NCBI RefSeq assembly: GCF_964204645.1
Contig: NC_134032.1
Location: forward strand, 11,954,275 to 12,018,274
DNA from: Tubulanus polymorphus
Taxonomy: Eukaryota; Animalia; Nemertea
DNA length: 64,000 nucleotides
Direction: 5' to 3'
A program made the position numbers and the translations under genes. A model generated the notes under the pieces. The model was not told the DNA's origin and searched no databases. It saw only the letters and a list, made by a program, of their open reading frames with translations. Each line of letters starts with the position of its first letter. The first letter of the stretch is position 1. Of the stretch, positions 47,879 through 61,912 are shown piece by piece.

Positions 47879-49556
47879 CTCATACAACAATTATACAGAA
47901 TGCCAGGTATGCTCAGGGAATTAGAATGCAAAAAATTCCAAAACACGTGGACTTTCAAAACCAACTAGTCCAACGAGAGTTTATACGCCCATGGTCCAAC
48001 CATAGACTATAAAACAAACAAGGCTATGGCCTAACACCATGGACTCTAATAGTCCGTGGCCCCCGCACTAAAACCAGAGATAAACCTGGCCATTACTCTG
48101 GAAAGCGTAGGATTAAGTAATCGATCTGATTTACATTTTATACATTATCTTATTTTCACATATCAAATTATCTACATAGCTTATTTTCTCAAATTTTGAT
48201 AGTACAATTTCATACATGACAAACTTTAGTTACATGTAAGGTATTTCAAAGTTTTTACATGTGATACATTTCCACTACAGTTGATTTATACATTTGCATC
48301 AATAGGAAAATAACAAAAATACACAGAGAATTGTAAACTTTGATCCATAAAACACTGAAAATTGGACTAGTCTGAAAGTCTGAGATTATGAATTTGACAA
48401 TTCATGAGGTCAATATAACTGCCACTTGTTAATCATTCATAAAATATGAATTGATCATATCAACTGTTCAAATGACATTGTAAGAGATTTAGGACATATC
48501 TTGTCAATTATCAAGAAAATGCTCAACTATATTAGGACCTTCATAAATCAGTGTTTTATGAACAATTGACATGAACATGTTGTTTCATCCCCACAACAAC
48601 AATAAGGCCCATACCTAAACGACAGGTATTTATTTATGTACGTATGTCATTTACAAACACATGACCTGTATTTCAAAAGTTTCCAACATAAAAACATTAA
48701 AACCGCAGATAAAACCACAAATCCAAACTGGAAAGTTTAAGATTAACGATCGAAACAGTCTTTGATTAGATTTTCATTAACATTATTTGACAAGATAACT
48801 AGAGCTTTGCCACCTTTTCCTTAGTCTTTAAGAGGTTTTCAGACATTTATCAAATTGGTTATTTTCTCAAATTTCACATTTTATGCAAAATACTTAGGAA
48901 GTATTTTCTTTTATGCATTTAACAAGACAAATCGAGTATATAACATTTAACAAGACAAATCGAGTATATAGTATTTAACAAGACAAATCGAGTATATAGA
49001 TATTGTTCAACTGTCAATTTGAATACAGCAAGGGCAATTACTCATAATAAATTGCTTAGATATCTATAATTAAGTAAGCTTCAATTACTTTTCGAGGTGC
49101 TTCTTGTGCAGATGTTGCTGGACCCGACTTTGTTAAACCATGATTTTAGAGTCCATGGTTCATATAGCTAGCACAATTAACTGATTAACACTGTTCATAC
49201 ATCCTCATTTATCAAGAGACTGTTCCAAATCAAATCATGAACCATTGGAAGCACCAGTGGAAATATTGCTATAAAACTACTAAACTGAAAATTTCAACAT
49301 GAATGACGAACATGTTTGTCGTTTTATTCTTACACAACACTTATACCCTATATACCCTGCTATTATTAAAAAGTTATTTAAAAACAGTTAAAAATAAAAA
49401 CATACATTACAGCTACAAATTCACTCACTCTGGAAAGCATTATGTTACCTAATTCATCTTAATTATTACAAGCAAACTAAAAACACTGCCAAATTTTCTT
49501 GTCTTTCAAACATTATCAACTATCTTATTTCCACATATGTTACATTTGAAAGAAAG

Positions 49557-49811
49557 CAGGATCTGATCTAAGCACGAGTCCAATTGCCCGATAAAAGTTA
49601 ATTTTCATCAGGGCAAGTAGATTATCATTATCACTTGTCCACCGGGCTGTTTAATCCTATGTCTCAAAGCTTTTATCCCACTCGATGCAAGGGATGATTG
49701 TGTCACGATCGGACTGTTCATGTAGGGCAAGTTGATTTTTGAGGGGCAAGCAATATCACAGATATGCTTGCCCCGTGTTCAAGTGGCTTCTATTTCTTAG
49801 ATCAAACCCTG
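49557..49811. mobile_element. hAT-like MITE
   Basis: CAGGATCTGATCTAAG / CTTAGATCAAACCCTG termini; no clean TSD. Confidence 0.55.
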
Positions 49812-52104
49812 CAAAGTATTATGAAGGTTTTCCTCCTGATTATTTAAGATAATTCCAGCATCATCATTCGTGTCCATATATTTCAGTGTTTAAGCCGATA
49901 TTCAAAATGAAGCTAGGACAATTGACCAATTAGCACTGTATCCTCAAGTTATCAAGAAACTGCTCCTCTATTTTCGACAGGGCCTTAATCAAATCAGTAA
50001 TCATGAACCACTGAAAAGCACCGCAGTGGAATTGTTTCTATAAAACTACTAAAACACTGAATAGTTTCTACATGAATGATGAAAATGTACACATCGTTTT
50101 ATTCTCACAACAATAATATCTTAATCGAGGAATCATCATGCAAGTTCCTAATTTACAAACGCATGAACTGTATTTCAATAACTGTCTCCAGCATTAAAAC
50201 TATAGATGAAACATACAGATTCACTGTGTAATTCTTATCAATTAATCAGTCTTCATTTCATTTTCATTAACATTACTTTCACTAGAAAACTAGAATTTTG
50301 TCAACCTTGCCCTAACTTAAGTATTCTGACGTTTTTTCTTCCAGCTTCGAAAAGATCAACATAATTGTACAATCGATAACTAATCAATAAACCAATAACT
50401 TAATAGCTTAGTAGTTAATAGTTTATAGCTGTTTTACATTCCTTTTAAAAATGAATTTGAATTAATGGAGCTTAGCTTTTATTAAGAAGGACTTTTCTGT
50501 CACATTGCAAAACACATCTTTTTACAAACTCAATGTAAAATAGTTTCCTCTATATTGAAATATTCAAACGTAGAGTTCCTTTCTCAGGCCGAAGGAACCT
50601 AAATATCTAACTATTTTCAATATTCGACTCAACAACTATTTCATACTCCATTCCATGCAATCAGGTAAATTTTTTAAACTATGTTACCTATCAGACTGGT
50701 CTGAAAAAGGGTGATATTAGTAAAAAAAATCAATACTTTACTACAGAGGTCTTTGCCGCTGCTAGATCTCAGTGCTAGATCTCAGAGATAAACCATTGTC
50801 TTTGCTGCTTCGGTGTTTATCCTGAATCAGATTTTATAAGATAATCCATTGTCTATGCTACGCGAATCAGTTTTTATAAGATACACTATCATCTCTGCTG
50901 CTCCTGATAAAATGTTTTATAGAAATCAACCACCGATTGTAGAAGAATCCATCGTTGAGTGATTAATCCGTCGCTGGCTCCTAAACTCCTCATCTGGGCT
51001 ACTGCAGTTTTCATCTGCAAATGGGTCAATGGGTATTTGTCTGCTTGTGTCTTCTTCAGGCCATTATTTCTGGGATGTAGTTTGACTGAAACAAAGTGAA
51101 GAAAGCAAAACATTTTAGACAGATTTATCATAACTTACATGTCATTTCAAATTACAAGCCACCGTGTTTTTCACTTAGTTAATATGGTTATTTCCAAAAT
51201 AAGAATTAGGTTCATTGACGTCAATTGCCGATTTAAACCCCAAAAAATAATTGCAGTAGTAGGACTAGTTCATCAATGTTTAAGCTTGGAGTACTCATTT
51301 GAAAAATTTATTACTCCAAGGTGTAAGACTAGTAAAGATAAAAGTTCTAAGATCAGCCATGTGGACAGGTAAATAGATTTCGATAATAATCACTTATCAA
51401 ATGATATTCATATGAGGCCTGAAATTTCTATATACCGGTAATTTCCATCTAATGAGTTTGATTCTTCTGTGGGTTGTTCAAATCTGTAGATTTCAGATGA
51501 GTAGTTGATTTTAAGCTGGTCTCTTTCTTTTAGCTGCAATGAGTAAATAAATATATCCTGTAATCACGACATTTAGAAATCATCGTAATAACTCCATGTA
51601 TATCAAGTTACCTTTTATGATTGCTGGTTTCATCATCGACGAGGATCTCCTAAGTCGGTTGGTTTCTGTGCACTGTTCTCTAATCGGCAGATTTTTGATT
51701 AGTTGTTGACCTCAAGCTCTCATTTGACTTTTCGAGTTAGTGTCCCTTACAAACCTACCACACCTGCCGGGAGCGAAACGGCGGTTTTTTTTTTTTAAAT
51801 CGGAAATCGAAGTACAGATATAGTTGCGTGATTGGCGGTCGTTTTTACAGATCTTTTTTTTTAAGTCCAAGAACATAATTGGTAATTTGGTTCCAGTTCA
51901 TTCAAACAATCTTTTATTCTGCCTAATTCTGATTTTGGAAAACTATATTACAAGGTTGAAGATAATTTTACAATATTTGGTCTTTTTTTATGTAACTAGT
52001 CCGAAAGTTTACAATGTTTAATAAATTTGTTTAACTTCAATTTTTTTGGTCGTTTTCACCGTTTAAATAGTCGAAGCACATATTAAGTGACTGATTGGGG
52101 TTAA

Positions 52105-52670
52105 CTTTTTTTCTGCCTAATTTAATACATCGAGATTTTGGAAATAACTATATTTTACAATATTTGGTCTTGTTTTCATGTAACTAGTCCGAAAGTTTAC
52201 AAGGTTGAATAATTTTATCTATTTTTTTTCTGCCTAATTTAATACATCGAGATTTTGGAAATAACTATATTTTACAATATTTGGTCTTTTTTTCATGTAA
52301 CTAGTCCGAAAGTTTACAAGGTTGAATAATTTTATCTATTTTTTTCTGCCTAATTTAATACATCGAGATTTTGGAAATAACTATATTTTACAATATTTGG
52401 TCTTTTTTTCATGTAACTAGTCCGAAAGTTTACAAGGTTGAATAATTTTATCTATTTTTTTCTGCCTAATTTAATACATCGAGATTTTGGAAATAACTAT
52501 ATTTTACAATATTTGGTCTTTTTTTCATGTAACTAGTCCGAAAGTTTACAAGGTTGAATAATTTTATCTATCTTTTTCTGCCTAATTTAATACATCGAGA
52601 TTTTGGAAGTAACTATATTTTACAATATTTGGTCTTTTTTTCATGTAACTAGTCCGAAAGTTTTCAAGGT
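52105..52670. repeat. 116-bp tandem repeat, 5 copies
   Basis: CTGCCTAATTTAATACATCGAG starts at 52113, 52230, 52346, 52462 and 52578. Confidence 0.95.
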
Positions 52671-55600
52671 GGGAGAATTTTGTCTAACTTTAATTTTTTT
52701 GTCATTTTCACCGTTTAAATTTGTCTAATTTTTTAAAGTTTATTGTTTTTTTTCCTCGAGTATGTCTGAAATCGAAGTACATAATTGGGAAATTCGATTC
52801 CGGTTCATTCAAACTATCTTCCAATCAGTCTGAAACGGCAAGCTGAAGAAAAGAGCAGAACCTTTTGAGCAGAAAATCCTTTCGAATATCACTGATCATA
52901 ATTATCATGTCAATTCATATATAAGATCAGCAATGTGGATCGATACGTAGATTTTAATAATAGTCTTAAATGATATTTATGAAATTCAACTCATATAGTA
53001 ATTCATCTATATTCTAAATATCTAAGCAATGGTTGATTATTATAATTTAACAACAATTCAACTAAAGCATCTATAGTCATCTCTAGGAATACCAGAGTTA
53101 CAACAAATTTAGTAATGCATAATCAATCTTATCAAATCGTTTTTGAACTGTTTTCTCTTTTATCTTCTTGAAATTCTTGATGTGTCTTTTATTGAAACCC
53201 AGGCCCATCATACAGTGCAAACGTGCTAGTAATATTGGCCTATATATATTTCGATTGTCAGCTAAACCATGTTCGTATTATCAAATTTCCTTCATCGTCA
53301 GTTAAGAGATGTTTTCTACCCACAGATGGCAACATCTGTACCCAGTGAATGGTATTCTAATCCATTTCATTAATTCTAAATATTGCTCCTAATATATACA
53401 ATGATTTTGTAATTATGATAATATAACTAACTGAAGAGTGAGTGCGCTGCCAGCATTGAGCACACTGATCCTATAAGTAACATGGTTCTACAGATTTAAG
53501 AAACCTTGAATCATTCCCACAACTCGACAAATCCAGAATTCTGCAAAGCCTCAAAGATTAAATAAATAACACGCACAAGAGACAGAGTTAAAACATACCC
53601 AGTATTCTTTATATATCAATCAATATTAAATGATAGTTGTCTTTTCAACCCCTATGGTTTAGATTTGAGCACTTTTAACTTATATGAAGACGCTGAATTA
53701 GATACCTAATCAATTAGTTAAATGATAATGTCCTAGCTATAACTGAAATTGTCTCGGACAATATTTTATATGGGGCTTGAAATTTCTACACGAGAAGAAT
53801 TTCAGATCTGGTACAAATTTGAATTAATCACTATTTGAACTGCTAATTTTGCATCAGAGCTTTTGATACCTAGCTTAACTAACCCAGAATCCCCCAAAAC
53901 CTAACTGATTCAACAGATCCTACACACACATGTGGCCCAGTTAGACGCAGATGACATTGCGCGATACAGTCGTCTCATCCACTGTGCAATTTTGAATAAG
54001 TTTCACTTATATTCATTACATTGAATTAATTTTAATTAAATTCTAGGTATCTAAGCGAACCATTAATTAGTAATCATACTAGCTATATTTTAATTGTCAG
54101 TTGAACAATATTTATATGGAGCCTGAAAATCTACATGAGTAGAATTTCAGATGTGGTGAATTTGTCACTATTTGAGTTCATCGGAAATTAAAGATAAAAA
54201 AGCATATTTTTAGTGGTAAATTAGAAATTCCCTTAGCCGAATGGCTATATAATCTTTATTTCCCATATATAGTACACTGTGTATAAGGACCAAAAGACCT
54301 TGTTATGACCGGACCTCCCTGGTGCGGTGCGAGTCATGATGCTAGAAAATAGTTTGAAGGAGAGGGGTTAGTAAAAGAGAGCTATTAGCAAGAGGAGTAA
54401 GACCTAAATTTAGGATATCCTGTCAGAATAAGGCTTTCAATCTGACATACACAGTGAAATTGAAATATTCCCCCTTCCAAATCCAGGAATGTATTTGTGC
54501 ACAGATTCGATCGGAAGTAAATCTGCGTTAAATTATTTTGGCAATACGGTATGTATCAAAACTAATACAGCTGTATGAAGACACCATAGGTTCACTTACA
54601 GATAAATAAATGTGCTCAGATACATATGTATCAACTACATTTTAAATGTCCATGGAATTAGAAATAATTTCACATAACAATTGAATTAACCTTAATCTAT
54701 CTAAGTAATACATTAATGAGTAATTCATCTTAGATTCTAATTTTCAGTTAAACTATATCTAATATGCGTCACTTGACACACAGTATGGCTTTTAGATATT
54801 AATTGAATCAGTTAGGTTTGAGTGAATTTTACCAATAATGAAAAGCATGGCTAGTCGACGTAAGCGCGGCAGTTGGCGATACAGAACTGATCAGTCAATG
54901 AGACTGATTCACTTATAGATGTGCTCAAATATATTATATATTTCAGCTATATTTCAATAAATATTTATAATATAAAAAGTTTTTGATCTAACATCAAATA
55001 TTGAATTCATCTTATATTGTGAATATCTAAGCCATTTTTCCTGGCTGTGTGCTAATTGTCAGTCAAACAACAATTATCATGCGTCGCCCAAAACAAGACG
55101 CAGTGTTTCAGGAATGAATTAAATCAATTAAAGCTTCGGTTTATTCTGGATTTATCAAAGTGTTGAGACCAAATCACTGTTTCATAAAGACCCGTAGTCC
55201 ATAGTTATAGTCTTATCTTTATTATTCAACTCAACAACTATTTTCATACTAGATTCCACGCAATCAGGTAGATTTTGTGCACTATTATACCCATCAGACC
55301 TGTTTGAAAAAGGGAGAAAAACTCGATACTTTACTACAGAAGTCTGCTATTGTCTTTGCCGCTCCTGGATATCAGTGTTTATCAGATGCACTATTGTTTA
55401 TGCTGCTCCTTAAATCATAAGATACACTATTGTCTATGCTACTTCTAAAAAAATGTTTATCCTGAATCAGTGTTTATAAGATAATCCATTAGCATTGTTG
55501 TGCGAATTAGTGTTTATAAGATACACTATTGCTGCTCCTAATAAAATGTTTTATAGAAATCAATCCCCGATTGTAGAAGAATCCATCATGAGTGATTAAT

Positions 55601-55996
55601 CCGTCGCTGGCTCCTCAACTTATCACCTGGGCTTCTGCAGTTTTTCATCTACTAGTGAGTGTCTTCTTCAAACCATTATTTCCGAGATGTAGTTTGGCTG
55701 AAACAAAGTGAAGAAAGTAAAACATTTCAGACTGATTCATCATAATTTACACGTCATTTCAAATTACAAGCCAACCAGTTTTTCACTAAGTAAAATTCAT
55801 TGGTGTCAATTGCCGATTTAAACCCCAATAATCAATTGCAGAAGTAGGACTAGTTCATCACTGTTTACGACTGGTAAAGATAAAAGATCAGCCATGTGGA
55901 CTGGTAAATAGATTTTGATGATAGACACTCCAAAAATGGTAGTCATATAAGGCCTGAAATTTCTATATACCGGTAATTTCATGTATATCAACTTAC

Positions 55997-58900
55997 CTTT
56001 AAAGATTGCTGGGTTCAGTTCTGGCCTCTTCTGTGCCCTGTTCCAGTCGGTCGATTTTGGACGAGTAGTTGATCTCAAGCTGGGCTTTTTCTTATAGTTG
56101 AAACTTAGCTGCAATCATTAAAAGAAGATATCCTGTAATCACAAAATATTTCATATAGAACTAATGGAAATAATTCCATGAATATCAAGTTACCTTTTAT
56201 TATTGCTATGTTCGTTATTGGTGTGGATCAATTATCTAATTTGGTTGGCGATTTTTGACGAGAAGTTGATCTCAAGCTGGGTTTTTTCAAAACTTTAAAT
56301 TTAGCTGCAACGATTAAAAGAAGATATCTTGCAATGACTAAATATTTCATATAGAATTTATCAATAATTCGTTAAAAAATCAACTTACATTTCAAGTTTG
56401 CTGGGTTCAGTATCATTTAGAATGTTCTCAGTTGGTTGATGCGATCCAAGCTTCGATAATTCTATGGGCTGAGCTAATCTGTAGATATTTGATGAGTATT
56501 TATTGATCTAAAGCTGGGCAGTTTCATGTAGATAGGATCTAGCTGAAATGCACAAAAAAAAGATATTCTGTAATCACAAAATATTTCATATAGAACTAAT
56601 AAAAATAATTCCATGAATATCAAGTTACTTTTTATGATTGCTTTGTTCGTTATCGGCGCGGATCAATCATCTAAGTTGATTGGTTGGTGAGTTTGATTTT
56701 AGTTGGCATCAACTTTGCGCTGTTACAATAGGTAAATTTTGGACAAGTAGTTGATCTCAAGCTGGGCTTTTTCTTATAGTTGAAACTTAGCTGCAATCAT
56801 TAAAAGAAGATATCCTGTTATCACAAAACATTTCATTTAAAATTAATCGCAATAATTACATGTATAGCAAGTTACCTTTTATGATTGTTTGGTTCGTTAT
56901 CGGTATGATAATTCGTTATCGGCGCGGATTTCTAGTTTGCGTCATCTGTGCGTTGTTCCGGTTTTGGTTGATTTTAGACAAGTAGTTGATCTCAAGCTGG
57001 GTTTTTCATATAGTTTAAATTTAGCTGCAATGATTAAAAGAAGATATCCTGTCATGACAATATTTCATATAGAATTTATCATAATAATTTCCATAAAATA
57101 ATTGCCCATGGGCCAAGAGTAGATTCGGTCCCGATTAGAGAAATGATCGCACCAGCCACTTCACCAACAATTCAGTCAGTAAAACTAATAACGTACACGC
57201 ACGGCAACAGTAAGTAGGCCTCTACACATAACTACTGTTGCCGAGCGCATGTTTGTCAGCAACCGATCATTAAAATACATACACATCGTAGTAGTAGATA
57301 CAAAATCAGTGTTGCAATGAATACACATTGAAATGCAATACACGACTATAAGTAAAACAGGCACTGAACGTTATTATGATTCACCCCACTACCAATCACG
57401 CCAGACCAGTCGAATGAGATTATCATCACCCCCCCTATACTTATACATCATTTTTGGACTATTTGGAAAATTGATATTTTCAATACTGAAATCCGCAGGG
57501 AATTCTCATCTCTGATATCAAGTTACCTTTTATGATTGCTTGGTTTGTTATCAGCTTGGATAATTTCAGTTGGTTCGGTTGATTCTCCTTGTTTCATCTG
57601 TGCGTTGTAACAGTTGGTCAATTTTGGACGAGTAGTTGATCTCAAGCTGGGTTTTTTCATATAGTTGAAATTAAGCTGCAATGATAAATAGAAGATATCC
57701 TGTAATAACAAAATATTTCATATAGAATTTATCATAATAATTTCCATAAAAAATCAACTTACATTTCAAGTTTGCTGGGTTCAGTATCGTTTAGAATGTT
57801 CTCAGTTGAATGATGCCGTCCAAGCTTGGATTATTCTGTGGGCTGAGCTAATCTGTAGATATTTGATGGGTATTTGATCTAAAGCTGGGCAGTTTCATAT
57901 AGATAGCATCTAGCTGAAATGCACAAAAAAAGATATCCTGTAATCACAAAATATTTCATATAGAACTAATCAAAATAATTAGATGAATATCTCGTTACTT
58001 TTTATGATTGATTTCTTCGTTATTGGTATGGATCAATCATCTAAGTTGATTGGTTGATGAGTTTGATTTTAGTTGGCATCAACTTTGCGCTGTTACAGTT
58101 GGTCAATTTTGGACGAGTAGTTGATCTCAAGCTGGGCTTTTTCTAATAGTTTAAACTTAGCTGCAATCATTAAAAGAAGATATCCTGTTATCACAAAACA
58201 TTTCATTTAAAATTAATCAAAATAATTACATGTATATCAAGTTACCTTTTATGATTGTTTGGTTCGTTATCGGTATGGTAATTCGTTATCGGCGCGGCAT
58301 TCTAGTTGGCGTCATCTGTGCGTTGTTCCAGTTGGTCGAATTTAGACGAGTAGTTGATCTCAAGCTGGGTTTTTCATATAGTTTAAATTTAGCTGCAATG
58401 ATTAAAAGAAGATATCCAGTAATGACAAAATATTTCATATAGAATTTATCATAATAATTTCCATAAAATAATTGCCCATGGGCCAAGAGGTTTACCGCAG
58501 CCTTCTGAGATATGAGATGCTTGATAAAGTTCAAATTGCATCAAATATTTGTAAGGTACGAGTAGATTCGGTCCCGATTAGAGAAATGATCCGAAACGCG
58601 AACCCAACACAGAGCCCCGGTACCGCGTCAGCCACTTTCCGACAATTCTGTCAGTTAAACTTATAACATTTGGGCATGGCAACAGTAAGTAGGCCTATAT
58701 ACATAACTACTGTTGCCGCGCGCGTGTCTGTCCGCAACCGAGCGATAAAATACATACACATGGTAGTAGTAGATACAAAATCAGTGTTGCAATGAATAAG
58801 CATTGAAATGCAATACGCGACGATACGTAAAACAGACACTCACTGAACCTTATTATGATTAACAATTGCGCCAGACCAGTTGAATGAGATCATGATCACC

Positions 58901-59169
58901 CCCCCCCCCCCCCCCCCCAATGCTTATACATCATTTTTGGACTATTTGGAAAATTGATATTTTTCAATACTGAAATCCGCAGGGAATTCTCATCTCTGAT
59001 ATCAAGTTACCTTTTATGATTGCTTGGTTCGTTATCGGCTTGGATCATTTCAGTTGGTTGGGTTGATGAGTTTGATTCTACTTGGTTTCATGTGTGCATT
59101 GTAACAGTTGGTCAATTTTGGACGAGTAGTTCATCTCAAGCTGGGCTTTTTCGTATAGTTGAAATTTAG
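55997..59169 (-). pseudogene. Tandem array of ten exon-like units (decayed coding gene or spliced lncRNA)
   Basis: Each unit has a (G/T)CAG|CT acceptor and a |GTAA(C/G) donor, with ~85-nt intervening introns. Frames contain stops and frameshifts. Confidence 0.6.
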
Positions 59170-60149
59170 CTGCAATGATTAAAAGAAGATATCCTGTAAT
59201 GACAAAAATATTTAATTTAGAATTTATCATAATAATTTCCATAAATAATATACCTAGAATAGCCTACTCGGTTATATTCGTAACACTGAACAAATTATAA
59301 GCGAACATACGATACGAAGTCGAATGAAATGCTCGCCATTTTGTTTTGGGTTCCACATTGGGTTTTCCCAATGGGCTTTCCCAATTACATCAGAAGTTCC
59401 TGGAATTTCCGGTATATCCAACAAACAGCCAATCACATTCAATGTAGCTCAGGTAACAAGGTCAACTCAGATAAATAGAAGCGAGAAAATTTTGGGGGTT
59501 GATAAAGTGAGGACCCGTAGGTCGAAAAGTACATCGAGATGAGTCGCAAAATAACGGCAACACTTCCAGGAAGGATTGAACTTTTATATATTTCAATTCC
59601 AAGTATGCAAATTCTCATATATGAAAACGTGCCATTACTTAGTGCTAAAAAGCAGGGTTTTTATGTGTTTTTCAAGAATAAGTCCCCTAAAAATAACTTG
59701 ATCACTATGAAATTTTTATGGGCTCGAGAACTCATTATAAGCCAAACCATGACACCAAAAATCAACACTATTGGTTCAACAGCCAATGTTTGTGCCTTGT
59801 TGACACACCGGTACTCTATTCATTTTCAATGAAAACTGCTTCTCCAGACCATTTGCATAGGCAAACCTACAGTTCGCCAAAAATCAACTTTCATTTCAAG
59901 TTTGCTGGGTTCAGTATCGGTTAAAATGTTCTAAGTTCGTATCAAATATCAAATTACCTTTTATGATGGCTGGGTTCATTATCAGAGGATCTCCTAAGTT
60001 AGTTGGTTGAGTTTCATCCAAATTGGCCCCTTCTGTGCACTGTTCTCTAATCGGCAGATCTTAGTTGATGAGCTCTCGTTCGACTTTTTGAGTTGGTGTA
60101 CCTTACGATCGTGACACACCTGCCAGGAGTGAAACAGGCAGGAATTGAA

Positions 60150-60471
60150 ATACAGATATAGTTGTGTGATCGTCGGTCGATTTTACATCATTTTTTTTCG
60201 GAATCGAAGTACAGATATAGTTGTGTGATCGTCGTTCGATTTTACATCATTTTTTTTCGGAATCGACGTACAGATATAGTTGTGTGATCATCGGTCGATT
60301 TTACATAATTTTTTTTCGATAATTTTACAATATTTGGTCTTTTTTTCATGTAGTCCGAAAGTTTACAAGGTTGAAGATAATTTTGTCTAATTTTTTTTTT
60401 CGAAATCGAAGTACAGATATAGTTGTGTGATCGTCGGTCGATTTTACATGATTTTTTTCGGAATCGAAGTA
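60150..60471. repeat. 59-bp tandem repeat TACAGATATAGTTGTGTGATCGTCGGTCGATTTTACAT...
   Basis: Three adjacent copies plus one displaced copy. Confidence 0.9.
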
Positions 60472-61229
60472 CTTCTTTGTCTTCTTGGGTTTCGTCGAAG
60501 CTGAATGTGAGAAAAAGAAAAACATTTTGTAGTCACACATTTCTTCATCATTAATCCTAATTTACATGGGTATCAACTTAACTTTCAAGATTGCCGAGTT
60601 CAGTATTTTTTTCGGCATCTTCTGTAGTCGCCTTCTAGCATCTTCTTCTTCAACTTCTTGGGAGTCCTGAAATGAAAAAAAGAGAAGAGCGATGAAAACC
60701 TGGTACGGAAAAAAACTAATGTCTGAAAGCTTTTCAGCTCTCCGTCGTCGGTCACATGCCGAGAACACCAGACAATGAGCCAGCCAGGAATATACTGTCC
60801 TCTACACGCCCTCACACAGAACGCGAAAACCAGAATGACAACGCCTCACATTCCCCATCTAACTGCAGGATGTACTGGGCGACGTCAGTAACTGACACAC
60901 CTGTAAAATTGCACGAAACACAAATAGCGCAGTACAACCAGCTTGACCGGGCGAGATTCAGGATCTCAACTAGCACTCAAAAGCGTGACAAGAGACTTCA
61001 TCCACTGACCGAGGTTGTCACAAGGACACAATGAAACTAGCACTCACAAGCCGACAAGAGACTTCATCCACTGACCGGGGTTGTCACAAGGACACAATGA
61101 AAACTAGCAATCAAACTAGAAATCAAAGAGCGTGACAGTAGAATCATCCCTCAGCCGACTCAGAATACCAGAAACAAAGAGCGTGACAGTAGAATCATCC
61201 CTCATCCGGGCGGTCACAAGGACACAATG

Positions 61230-61480
61230 AATGCTAGTAGCGTGACAATCCAGTATAACCGCTCCATTTGTATCCCGCGCAATCCCACAGATATGCCCGT
61301 CATTGACATCACTCAGCACACTTTGTAGATAGGTGGGGGCAGTGAGGCCTCGATATCCTGGTTTTCGTGTTCTGTATGAGGGCTTGTAGGGGGCAGAATT
61401 TCCTGACTGACTCTTTGTCTGACATCCTCGACACGTGACCGGCGAAGGAGAGCTGACGCCTTCGGACATTAGTTTTGTTC
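61230..61480 (-). mobile_element. 3' fragment of an RTE-type non-LTR retrotransposon, with tandemly duplicated 3' flank (60965-61240)
   Basis: VRRRQLSFAGHVSRM then, after a frameshift, YKPSYRTRKPG...TYLQ...ARD. This is the typical post-RT C-terminal pattern of RTE-like LINEs. Confidence 0.65.
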
Positions 61481-61912
61481 CAGCAAACGTTGAAATTTGA
61501 CAGAGAAATCGGCCCTGAAAAAAATAACGGATTAGACCCTGAAAAAAAGAACGGATTAATAAACACGGAACAGTACAGGACAGTACAGAGACGAACAGTA
61601 ACACATAAAACATAAAGACGTCGTTCCTCAGGAAGCAGGAACAGGAGCAGGAGCGGGAGCGCAGCGAAAATCGCCAGGAGGAGAATCCACGGTAGCATGT
61701 TCACAGTGTGAGAGAGCTGAGGTGAATGGCCTATGCTTGTGTACACCGTGGTCAGCCGGTGACGTATTCAATAGCGCGTATAAATGATATCAACAACTCT
61801 GAAAAACCGCAATTGTGTCTCTATTGTTGAATGGTTTTACATTATGAAAGGTTCCACTGCCTGGTTGAATACGCGCCAGTAGTCAGCTGAACAATATAGT
61901 TGAGGAACCTTA

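Noticed and set aside
61309-61746. 145-aa ORF with hydrophobic N-terminus as a membrane protein gene
   Set aside because: The C-terminal part is a frameshifted LINE remnant, and the hydrophobic part comes from low-complexity CT-rich sequence.
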